Below are positions 53,501 through 63,795 of a stretch of DNA of 64,000 nucleotides, piece after piece (the first letter of the stretch is position 1; each line of letters opens with the position of its first letter). Both the position numbers and the translations under genes were made by a program. Under the pieces are notes generated by a model, which was not told where the DNA came from, made no database searches, and worked only from the letters and a program-made list of their open reading frames with translations. Source of the DNA: Balanoglossus misakiensis (Eukaryota > Animalia > Hemichordata). The stretch lies in contig CM082583.2 of assembly GCA_040954595.2 (NCBI GenBank), forward strand, positions 9,410,254-9,474,253. Direction: 5' to 3'.

Positions 53501-56500
53501 GATATAATTTTTAACTATCTAAGCAACTTGAAGAAAAGTTTTCTGTCAAGAAGCTTCAAGATCAAGGATCAGCAGCTGGCTGTGATGCTCCGGATTCTTC
53601 TGGTTGCCATGAGGATCAAGAGCCAAGCACTAGTAACCATAGAGACAGTGAGAGTCAGCTGAGCCCCTGCAGCAGGCAAGAAAGGCAAGAAAAATTATCC
53701 ACCTACCAAGTGAGTTTTTCCCTTTAGCTTGTTCTATGCTTTTTGTTTGTTGTTTCATTTGTTTTAGTGTATGATGCAATGAAATAATAAAATTTAATGT
53801 TTTTCACAGTTGGTTCCTGTGTCTCAGATGAGAAATATGTGAACATCACATTCCTCAAACTTCTAAGAAAATTTATTTCATTCTGTTCATTGCAGGGAAC
53901 CATTACAGCTGTAACAAATGCTGATGCTGGGATATATGAACTTGATAACAGATTAAGGTACATGTATATGCCATAGTCAGCATGCCATAGTTTAGTTCAA
54001 TCCTTTCTTTCCATGGTGGAACTGGACCAGTGTACATTAGAACAGGGGTGAACGGGTGAGAAATCATTAAGCTGCTTTTTCCTCTTGTGTGTTCATCTTT
54101 TTCATGCCTTTCTCTTACAACATCGATCCTGTGCCATTGTCCTTTTGCAGGTTATACATCTGTTTTCAGCCATGCGTCAGCAAAGGACGAGGGATGAGGG
54201 TCGGGACGAAGGTCAAAATCTACAACTGTCACTTCAAGTCATATAAGGAGGTAAAGTATCCCCTCAGAGAGAATTATGTAATGTGGTCGAAATATCATAT
54301 TATTACTTTGCAGAGAACAGTGAGCTAGTATAAAAGAAATGTCTCACTTAATTTTTTTTTCACTGACAGGTCCCGCGTTTGCGTCTGTGTTGCTGTACCC
54401 TCAGCTCAGTTGTCATCGTAGAATTCTCTCCTCTTGCTACTCCATATCAGGTTAGTTACCATGGTTACGAATGTAGATTTTTACTGATGTATGGTTAGAC
54501 ACCTATTTTATCTCACTACTTTCAGAGATTTCAATATTCATACCCGAAAGATAAAAAACCCAGTATGACGTGTTTTTCTTGACTTCCATTTTTTTTTCTT
54601 CAGCCGTTCATTTGTAAGTCGAGTGTCTTCATCCATCTGTTGTTCTTGTATCATCTCAACGTTCCTCTCTATCAGTGGGTGGTAGATATAGCGGAGGACA
54701 TGAAGTCGAAATTCCTGCCAGGTCATTTGAGGTGAGAAGTCTTTGGTGTACATGTAAACTGTTTTACAGCTCAAACACCCAGACATATAGGGCTAAGCTA
54801 ACAGGAAGGGGTCTTATATGACTGGCAAAACTGTTGATAATGTGGATTCTTCTTGATCTGTCAGAAAATTACGCAAACTACAAATTTTACGATTTTCACC
54901 CAGTCAGTGATCAATCTTTCTCTCCTCCTTACCTTTACAGTAACTCAATCTTGATGGGTGTACAGTTCTCACGGCACAGATCGAGGTAATGCAACCCTTC
55001 AACCACTATACCCTGAAAAAAAATTTGAATTTCACCAACTAACATTTGAATCAGTTGATTCCTTTGCGATGCTAGACTTGAGGAAATAAGATATCCAGCT
55101 CCCAGAGTGCATTGTTCCAGTCATCCAAATGTCATAACCAATTCAGCACGAGCACATCTTGTAGCCATCTTATCTTTTTCATTGTTTACAGCTCAAACAG
55201 AAAGCCTGTTGGTGTGTTCTACAGTTTACTTCGGCTCCCATCGCCATCAACTCAGCAGATGTTACTGCCACAGTCGACTCGCAATATTTACAGGGAGTTC
55301 ATAGATCCCATCCATCCGTGCCCCGTGACGGATACACAATCTTTGTCGGGGGTAAGTCTCAAGTCATGACACTGAAAACATATCAAGATAATTTCAAGGA
55401 ATTAAGTAAAACACATACAGCAATATATTGCTAACTTACTACAGTATGTTTGTAAATTTACCATGATGTTAGTTGGAAAATATTAATTGAATTTGCCACA
55501 ACATCTGCATGTATCTCACAGTAGGATTATCATGTACTGAGCTCTCTCTTATCAGAAGCTATCAGTTTCACTGGTGTTGCGATAAATTGGTTATTTCTTT
55601 TCATCTGGCCTACTCCTAACATTGAACAATGTTCTATCATATTTTGCCATTTTCTGTGATCACAGACAAAGCCGTACGAAATTCCAACAATTGCCTATGT
55701 GAAGGACATCATTGAGAAAAAATCTTTCATTGCGGAGACCTGGCAGATGCCCGAGGGCAAGACACCCTACAACAATAAAGCGCTGAACGAAGCAATGTAT
55801 TGGAAACATCAAATATTTGAATCTAAGGATTTCAAGCCAGTCATGGTAATTAAGATATATGATGCAGTATTATGAGGTTATTACGGTGTTCAGTTTTGTA
55901 TCTGCCATCCAATCGCATGCTACCTTATATAGGAATGAATTGATTCTGGATTATTGTGTTTGTCTTGCAGCTGCTGGTTGGATATCTGGAAGTGAACAGT
56001 CGCACTGGTTGTTTGCAGTTGGTCGACCAAACAGGGGGTATCGACTGTGTCATTGCGGACTACGACAATTTGCAGGATGTGCACTCCTGCACTGATAAGT
56101 GCCTCAACCCGACTATGAATATGGGCAGTTGCAATGTGCCTTTTCCATGTCCGTATGCAAAGACTTGGTGTCGGGGTCAGTTGCTGCGACTGGACAAGTA
56201 TCAGATCGTAAGCGAGCGTTTCGCCGCCACCCGCTTCCCGTCCGTTCAGGATGCCGGTGATCAGACGTACATCGAGAAGTCGCACATCCGATGCTACGTA
56301 CAGTTTGCCATGTCTGACGCCGTCAGTTTGCACCGGAAAACAGGTCAACATCGAAAGGCGCAGAAACGGAGGCAAGGCGACTCAGAGGCCGGCACTTCAG
56401 GAGAACAACGCTCTGAGGAGACGACCGATGTCGTTCAGCTGTTCACCGTCTCGCACAAAAACTCGCTCCATCTCAGTCAGGCCGCCAGAGCCAGAGCAGA

Positions 56501-59500
56501 TGCGCAGACTCTAAAGTGTAACGTGGCTGTCACGTTTATCGGTGCGGCCCAGCTGGTACCGTCAGACAGAACGGTTGCTTGGAAGGACCTGACAGAGGGA
56601 GGTGGCACAGACAATGGAAGTGCGGACGGTCCGAGTCAAGCTGAAACTGGAAATGAGGATGTGACCATTAGACAAGTGGTGTTGATTTTACAGCATGAAA
56701 GTACCAGGTGGTATCCCTTGCTAGAGATTGGTCAGATGTATGCGCTAATAAAGCCAAGTTCAAAGGTGAGAAGTTCAAAGATGAAGTTCACCTAGTGACC
56801 CCAGAATACTGAATTCTGTGTTCAACTCAACTATGATGCATTTTTCTCCCTGACAGGATCTGTCGGCGTTTCAAACACGGCTACCATCAGCAGCATTACA
56901 AAGAGCTGTCCAGATGACCGACTGCCAAACTGGTTTCCCTATCACTGCCGACATGGTCATTATGCCAGCTGTAGGGGCCTCAGTACTCAGGCAGGCGGAT
57001 CCGAATGCAGTTACAAAATTAGCATCTCAGGTGAGAATATGTCTACTTCTTAATCCTTCATCCTTTAAGCCTCTGTGGTGCAGGGTATTTCCTCATTACT
57101 TTCAAGAATTAGCTTTAAACTCATAAGGTGTACCTTTTTTGTCTGTACATTACAGATCTATGTCATGTCTGCCAGTGAGAAACAGACCAGCGAGAAAGTA
57201 TTGACTAGAATGAAAGGCAAACTGGAACACAGAATTCAGACAGTTCAAGAGGTCATGGGCTCCAGGTATGTAATCAACTGTTTTCCTAACTCCAGAACTG
57301 TCAACCAAATTTTCTACCAGGTTCAAAATAAGGTACATGTATTGCATTTTACACCATGGTGTTTTTTTCACTATTTTAAATTTCAGGGTTTCATCAGGTT
57401 CCCCCAGTCAAGTATCCATCAGATGTCGAGTGGTTTCTCGTTCTTTCTACCACCCTGATAGCAAATTCAGAAGTAGGATGGTCACTGATGCTGATTCAGA
57501 ACTACAGAAAGTCAAATCGTATGGTGAGTGTTTCAATCGTAAGGAAAAAATCATATCTGAACCTTAAAGAACATGGCAGATGCCTCAGAAAGATCAACCA
57601 ATCTTTTGTAACTCTTTCACAGGTGTCTCCACGTTGAATAACAAAGCTGTCCGTCTGCTGGTTTGTGATTTGTCCTCTCCTGACCAATTATTCATCTATC
57701 TTGACTTGGACAACATTTCGTACCCATTGGCACTTTTACCAGAAGCAGTCGTCACTTTTAGGTAAATATACCGGCTCCATATCAGTAGAAGATATTTCAG
57801 ATACTCGTGAGAAGACATTTGAATTTAACCTATAATTATGTATCATTTAAACCCACTATTGTTTGGTCCAAATTCAATCCCTTCTAAATGTACTTTTTTC
57901 TTTTAATGTGCCAGATACCTCAATAAATTTTCATCCAGGAAATCAAACATCTACTGCCAGTTTGTTGCTAACTCTTCAGTGACGGTTGAGAAATTCCCAT
58001 CACCAACAATCCAACTAAACAGGTGAGTTGGATGTACACAGACAGTTATTTGCTGAGTTGATGTCCAAAATATTAGGCAGTTCTTGTGTTTTCCATACGT
58101 CAACAACATCCACCAGTAGATATTTAAATTGTAGTTTTGTCATGTACAGCAGGGACAATCTTCCAGGGTCTACGGCCACAGACAGCAGAGACACCTGTGG
58201 CCTCGACAAATTACGACAGCGTTATCTCTGTGAATACGTACAACAACAGCAGCAACGTGGCACTGGCAGAGTCCATCAGATAGTCTCAAGAATACATGCC
58301 CAGATTGTCACGGTGCTGAATGTCAGTCTAAGGTAATATGTTGTTTTTTAAAGCCCCGGTAATTCTAACCATTTATTTTTAGTATTTTTCTCTCATGTAT
58401 CAACTCCTGTTTCTTGTTCTTCTCTGGATGGAATCTTTGTAAGATTTTCATCTCTGATTTCCTCCCCAGATACTCCTGCACCGGATGCGGCTCCGCATTT
58501 CAAGGTGGTTTCTGTAGAAACCCCAACAACAGGTGCTCATCCACATCAGCGCATTTTGAGACCAAGGCGAGGTGAGTGCAGTTTTAATGAAAAAAAATGA
58601 GTGGAAACTGTGGTTGCTTTCAAATGGCTGGTGAAGAAATAACATGTCGTAACTTTATTTTGTTTGCAGTTTCATAATCGAAGATGGTACATTTGAAGCA
58701 CGTGCCCACTGCAATTCTGATCAGGTGGCCTCACTGCTTAACCTTTCACCTCTGCAGTGGCAAAGGTTACAGGATCACGTCTACCAATCAGGAGAGGTTG
58801 TGTACAGATGCAGGGGCAATGAGTGTAGCACTGTAAGTGATGATGGATCAGGAAAGATTTAATGGGTGTTTTTGCCATCTTGGTGAGGCCAATCCATCGC
58901 CATTGTCAGACAAAATATCCCACAATTAAGTTGTCTGGCAAAGTATAAAGTAATAAACACTTACCACCAACAAAATCTGAGGTTGCTTGTTAACTACACT
59001 GCATACTTGTGTGACAAGTTGCAACACACAAGTTTCAGTTTACGTTTTCCATTGTAATTTTAGGAAAGTGAGCATTATGGCAGGATGAATCCAGCAGAGA
59101 GAGTGCTACAGAAGTTGTGTACAAGTCAGCTCGTCTGTCGATCTGCCATTTTGTACTGTAAACAGTTCCAACAGAATGACAAGACGGGTGGGAGATTTGG
59201 TCAAAGCAACAGTGGTAAGTAGTTCAATCTAATAGTAGTAGTTGGATTATTGTCTCAGATGTGAAGCTGTCCAGTTATCGATAAGGACCATCATTTTTCT
59301 AACATGTAAAAAAACATGATTATTTAAACTTCATACATTGTCTGTCTCTTCTCTGTAGACTACCAGATCCGAACTTGTGAAATTGGCAGGAAACAGTTCC
59401 AGACGAAATACCTACCTCAGTTAAACCTGTTTTGTGTTTCACTGAAATCAATGGATTACAAGGAGGTGTGCCAGAAGCTGATGTCAGAGATTTCATCATA

Positions 59501-59501
59501 A
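50522..59501 (+). CDS. CTC1: CST complex subunit CTC1 (multi-OB-fold telomere maintenance protein), ~1386 aa, 29 exons
   Basis: In-frame GT-AG exons: 50522-50575, 51076-51193, 51366-51533, 51782-51918, 52051-52129, 52276-52411, 52594-52659, 52840-52915, 53050-53136, 53311-53403, 53524-53709, 53896-53957, 54151-54250, 54370-54450, 54604-54731, 54941-54985, 55192-55351, 55666-55845, 55971-56765, 56857-57030, 57156-57265, 57387-57523, 57623-57761, 57915-58022, 58150-58332, 58470-58571, 58670-58832, 59064-59214, 59359-59501. Motifs collinear with human CTC1 as recalled: ERQWL, PITYSIMSV..SCCSNL, GDLYLEDGT, WNYIP..GYLEI, TYQGTITAVTNADAGIYELD, RNIYREFIDPIHPCP, LLVGYL..GCLQLVDQTG, YPLALLPEAVVTF..SNIYCQF, and CTGC...C..C then FIIEDGTFEA. 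Exon 1 and a few low-complexity exons are less certain. AATAAA at 59936-59941. Confidence 0.88.
50834..50847. promoter_or_regulatory. RFX X-box in CTC1 intron 1
   Basis: GTTACCATGGCAAC, a consensus X-box. Confidence 0.5.
50999..51036. repeat. (TG)12 microsatellite followed by (TCTG)n in CTC1 intron 1
   Basis: Read directly from the sequence. Confidence 0.9.
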
Positions 59502-59797
59502 CCAACAAACAGAAACACTGTGTCATATTGTTACATGTATGCTGGACTTCTAACCAAAAGAAGAAAGTGTTGCATCACTTTTAAAGCGTTTGATACTGCT
59601 CATTTTACTATAGATTACTGAAATTAGGAAACTTGTTATAGCAGTGCCATATGGCAGAGGGCTTTATTGACATTGTTACAAGAAGTCCTGTTAAAGTTTC
59701 ATCCAGCTATGTCAAAAGTAAACGGCCAGTCACTCAGGGAGATAACAAGTGATCTGGCAATGTATATACAGCTGATAGTTGGACTCAGAAGGAACCC

Positions 59798-59872
59798 TAC
59801 CACAACCCACTTTTTCACTGTTTTCGCAGAAACCCAAGGAAAAGCCAAGCCGTCGCCAAAGCGTTGCTAGGA
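59798..59872 (+). pseudogene. Duplicated fragment (acceptor plus start of exon 3) of the downstream basic-protein gene
   Basis: 75 nt nearly identical (1 indel, 3 substitutions) to 61069-61142. It retains the CGCAG acceptor and would read KPKEKPSRRQSVARTTNV*. Confidence 0.75.
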
Positions 59873-60512
59873 CAACAAATGTGTAAATAACGTTGCTGAG
59901 TAGTGGCCGGAATTGAAGCCATGCTCATTTCAGTGAATAAAACTGGAAAGATGTTTTCAACCCTGTTTCTTTGTTCGAGCCCCGGCATGGCTGTGGTGTT
60001 GTGTCCATTGGCAAGTCACTTTGCTTCACATTGAAGCTATATGAGGTGTCCAAAATCACGAATCTTGCTGGTATTATGACTCAATTATAAACATTGGAGA
60101 GAATATTTCCCCGACGTCACAGTTGAGGTGGAAGTACAGAGCGCCCTCACATGAAACGACTGTAGCTTACAGTCTAAGATGACTATTGTGTAGTTTTCTT
60201 GGCTATATTGCATGTCATAAGAGTCGATCCAATTTGTTATCGAACGTCAAGGTTCTTCGCGTTCGTACAAAATCTCGTGCGGTATGGACGAGATTGAACA
60301 TCCGGGCACACGCACCTGGACCAACCCACCACGCAAGTAGTCCAAAAATATGTACCGAATTTAGTTACGTGTATCAATTTATCTGGGTATTTTATTTGTA
60401 GATGCCTAAACCAAGCATTCACCATGATTTTCAATCAAATTTTAAGTTTTATCAAGCAGTGAATACGGAAAAGATTTCAAGAGGGAAATATGCTACGTCT
60501 ACCACGTAGGCC

Positions 60513-60524
60513 TACGTCACAATA
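60513..60524 (+). promoter_or_regulatory. CRE-like promoter motif TACGTCACAATA of basic-protein gene A
   Basis: An identical 12-mer precedes gene B (61725-61736). This copy starts 148 nt before the ATG at 60661. Confidence 0.55.
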
Positions 60525-60660
60525 TCCATTATGCGGAAACCACGAACTTTGTCGAACTTTCTATGCCCTATGAAGTGTCGCTAAAACAACTGCGCCTATA
60601 ACTGTTAGGCACAGATCTAGAGAAAAAATTGACCTACGATAAATTCTTGGTGATAGCATC

Positions 60661-61318
60661 ATGGTTAATACCGTTGCCAAGGGTAAGTTTGCCGTAGGAA
60701 AGTCAAAACGTGTGTATTCTCTGCCTGGTTTGATTCGCATTACTTAGTGTATCTCATTTGAGGATCGTTATTTTTTCTTGACAAAAAAACAGCCTCTGAC
60801 AAAACAACACCAACGAAGAAATCTAAACCAAGACGCGTGACACCAGTGAAAATTGCCCGCGTAAAATCTGCAAAGTCTGCGCAAAGAAAGGCCAGTATTC
60901 GTGTACGACGAGGCTCCGTCAGCTCAAAACGCCGCCTCAGTTTTGGCAAGGCAAACGCATCGACCAAGAAAGCCAAAAGAGTAAGAAGTACTTCAAGACC
61001 GGTGGTAAGACTCGACATTTCGCCGCGTTGTAATTTGATGCACTTTTTCTGTAAACTTCTTTTGAGTTTACCACAACCCACTTTTCACTGTTCTCGCAGA
61101 AACCAAAGGAAAAGCCAGGCCGTCGCCAAAGCGTTGCTAGGAGAGGGTCTGTTCGTCGCCCAGTCACTAGTGCAGCTAAGGCATCCAGGAACGCCGCCAT
61201 ATCCAAGGCAACCATGGGCAAATTAATGAAAAGTTTGAAGAGACAACTTGCCAAGCAATCCGGTGTAGCAAACAAGATGACATTGAGAAGTGGCAAAGTC
61301 AAGATCACTCGGGTTTAG
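60661..61318 (+). CDS. Small highly basic protamine-like / sperm nuclear basic protein-like gene A, 150 aa, 3 exons
   Basis: Exons 60661-60682, 60793-61004 and 61100-61318 (GT-AG, phases 1 and 0): MVNTVAKASDKTTPTKKSKPRRVTPVKIARVKSAKSAQRKASIRVRRGSVSSKRRLSFGKANASTKKAKRVRSTSRPVKPKEKPGRRQSVARRGSVRRPVTSAAKASRNAAISKATMGKLMKSLKRQLAKQSGVANKMTLRSGKVKITRV*. 26 K + 22 R and only 2 acidic residues; no H1 globular domain visible. AATAAA at 61396-61401. The gene model is well supported; the product assignment is inferred from composition. Confidence 0.75.
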
Positions 61319-61724
61319 AACGTCCAAGATTTTCCGCTGGTCGAAATAGGAAAGAGTTTGTCGCTACGCAATGTACATGCTCAGATGGATATTATAATAA
61401 ACGCAAGTCAAACTGGGCTTCCCATAAACTTTATTGTCATTCTGGCCTTTACTTCAGTCGCCACAGATTAGTTAAAGACGTACAAATAAATGAAAAACTC
61501 GATTCATATGAATTTTATTGCGCGTATAACAATCGCCAGTTTCGGCCAATTTTATCGAGAATAAATGAAGGGCCACGTTGGCCAAAGTTTCAACGTGGTT
61601 TTTACTTTTCTTCTGAAGTTACCAACAATTCCTCATCTCAGTGAAGTTTGTCAAATTGCAATTCGCTTCTGTGCAACGCCGGATTTCAGCGCAGCGGCGA
61701 GATGGAGTCACGTGGTACGTTTCT

Positions 61725-61736
61725 TACGTCACAATA
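61725..61736 (+). promoter_or_regulatory. CRE-like promoter motif TACGTCACAATA of basic-protein gene B
   Basis: Identical to 60513-60524. Starts 124 nt before the ATG at 61849 and is preceded by an E-box GTCACGTG. Confidence 0.55.
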
Positions 61737-61848
61737 CTATTGTCAAAACTTCGCTCCAGACTTGATCCCACTCCGGAGAAAGTTGTCTAGAAAGTGCTCT
61801 CACAAATTGCATACGTGTTTTGTGTCTATACTATCAGTGTGAGCGATT

Positions 61849-62544
61849 ATGGGGGCCGTGAGAAGGTCTTCTGTTCGCCGTGGTAGCAGAAGCTACGGAA
61901 CTGCTACTGTTTTCAGGCACATTGTTGCTGTTGTCAAAGGTGCGTACTTTCCACTGATCATTTCTCGTCAACGGAGAGAATCAAGCATGAATTTGATTTT
62001 TAATACATTTTTTTGGTTATTAAATAATTGCTTATCTATTTTCTTTAGCCGCCAAGAAGTTCTCGGCCAAGAAATCTGCGCCAAAAAGTGGAAGCGACGC
62101 GAAAAAATCTCGCGGATATCCAGTTAAAAAGTCTCGCGCAATGGCTGCGATCGCGAGACCTGTGCAGAGGAGAGCCAGTGTGCGCCGTGGATCCGTCAGT
62201 GCAAGACGTCGCTCCGCTACCATCCGAAGAGGCTCAAAAGCTACGTATCAGGTTTGTCCCAGTGATAATTTAATAAAACTTTAGGGACTCGATTTTTTCT
62301 GGTATCTTTGAAATGCACGCCAAACTGTCCGCAAACTACACTGTTCTTGTTCATTTTTCAAACATTGGACCATAATATATCTGTGTGGTGTTGTATTTTT
62401 CCGTCGGGCATTCTGTATTAGTAGATTGAAGCAGATCACAATAATGTATGATGTTAATATTTTTCTTTATTTCAGAAATTAAAGGCAGCCCCGAAGCCAC
62501 GTCGTCGTCGCACCAGCATCAGAAGAGCTTCTCTTCGCCAGTAA
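61849..62544 (+). CDS. Small highly basic protamine-like / sperm nuclear basic protein-like gene B, 120 aa, 3 exons
   Basis: Exons 61849-61939, 62049-62251 and 62476-62544 (GT-AG, phases 1 and 0 as in gene A): MGAVRRSSVRRGSRSYGTATVFRHIVAVVKAAKKFSAKKSAPKSGSDAKKSRGYPVKKSRAMAAIARPVQRRASVRRGSVSARRRSATIRRGSKATYQKLKAAPKPRRRRTSIRRASLRQ*. 25 R + 14 K, 1 acidic residue, eight RRxS motifs. Confidence 0.75.
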
Positions 62545-62647
62545 AGTTTTTCTGGTCACCGAATATTGAACAAATATCTGCTGGTCAGAATCAATATTAA
62601 AAATACAAACAAAAAGTTTTTCGTGTTTATAGACTTTCCGTCACATC

Positions 62648-63795
62648 TTAAACCCACACAAAGGTCTGATTCAAAAGTTCTGCCACCTGTTGATTGTAGG
62701 GGCGATAAAAGTCACGAACTTTTTCCAAAACGCTTGTTTCTATCTCCGGGTGCTTTCGACCTTTATTTGACCCCAAGCAGTGCATCGGGAACGAAATCTT
62801 GGAGCAGTACTTTCCTTTATTCGTGTCCATGTAAAATTGCCATCCCTCGAAAAACCTCGGAAGGCCCAAGAACTTCTCGGCTCGTATGAGCGTCGAGACT
62901 GGGTTCGATTGTTTGAAACTCGTGCCGTCGACGACAAAGATTTCAGGGAAATATTTGAGCCAGCGCTTGGCATGCTTCACATAGACTCCTGTGTCAATGA
63001 GTTCGTTACTTTCGTCGACGGTACCGTCTTTGCGCAGCACCGACGCAGCGAATGTATCTTCGATTTTGTAAAAACCCGTCGTCTTGTTTAGTTCAGCCTC
63101 GTGCACGTAGTCTGAAATGGCCCTTCCAACCGGATCACACAAAATCAGTATAATTTTGGTTTCAGGTGATATCTCATTGTATATCCTTTCGGGGGCGTTT
63201 TCGGGAGAGACAAAGTACTTCGGAGTTGTTTCCATGGTTATCTGAACTTTGGTTGAGTATGGCATCTTTCGACGGTACCACTCGAGACTGTGGTTGGGAT
63301 TTTCGTCAAAGAAGTGTTTCTCTGCTGTCACCGCGGCGATCAGTGGGTGAGTGCTGAGCCACAATGTGAGGGCGGTAGTCCCGCATTTCTTGGCTCCGAT
63401 AACGATGACCTGCGGTAACGTCTGCTCGCAGTCCCTTCTTTTCAGACCCATTGGCTTCCGCAAACCCCACTGTTTACTTTTCTCGTCGAGCCAATAGCAA
63501 GTCTTGCGATAAACTTCGTATACTTGACGAAATATTTCTCCCAACGTCCCATTCTTCAAGAATATGTTCGTGTCACCTGTTGTTGTGTCCCCAACATGTA
63601 AATCAGTATGCAAATTTTCAATATTATGCAAATTTCCCTGGGTATCTCTCTTAAAGTCGGTTGTGCTGAGGACGATACGTTGCGCTCTGTCCAGCAATTG
63701 GTCACTTGTCTGCGATTCTTGGTGAAATGTTGAGATGACGATAATGACACAAATCACCATCACAAGTATAACTGGAAGTGATAATCCTCGCCTCC
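62648..63795 (-). CDS. Heparan sulfate glucosamine 3-O-sulfotransferase-like (HS3ST family), large terminal exon; 5' start uncertain
   Basis: The ORF contains a type II membrane anchor (LPVILVMVICVIIVISTF), the 5'-PSB motif LPQVIVIGAKKCGTTAL, EKHFFD, WYRRKMP, ETTPKYF, the 3'-PB motif DPVGRAISDY and CLGSNKGRKHP. A minus-strand acceptor (GATTATTTTTCAG) places an exon start at 63795, so the ORF extension to 63913 may be intronic. Confidence 0.88.

Noticed and set aside
55920-56514. Alternative-frame and antisense ORFs over the large CTC1 exon
   Set aside because: Explained by the CTC1 coding frame at 55971-56765.
60186-60401. Mildly basic 71-aa ORF upstream of basic-protein gene A as a further paralogue
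   Set aside because: No ATG start, no RRxS motifs and no convincing splice link to the downstream exons.
60661-61318. Calling basic-protein gene A histone H1
   Set aside because: No winged-helix globular domain is visible, it has introns and a poly(A) signal, and it is R-rich with RRxS motifs.
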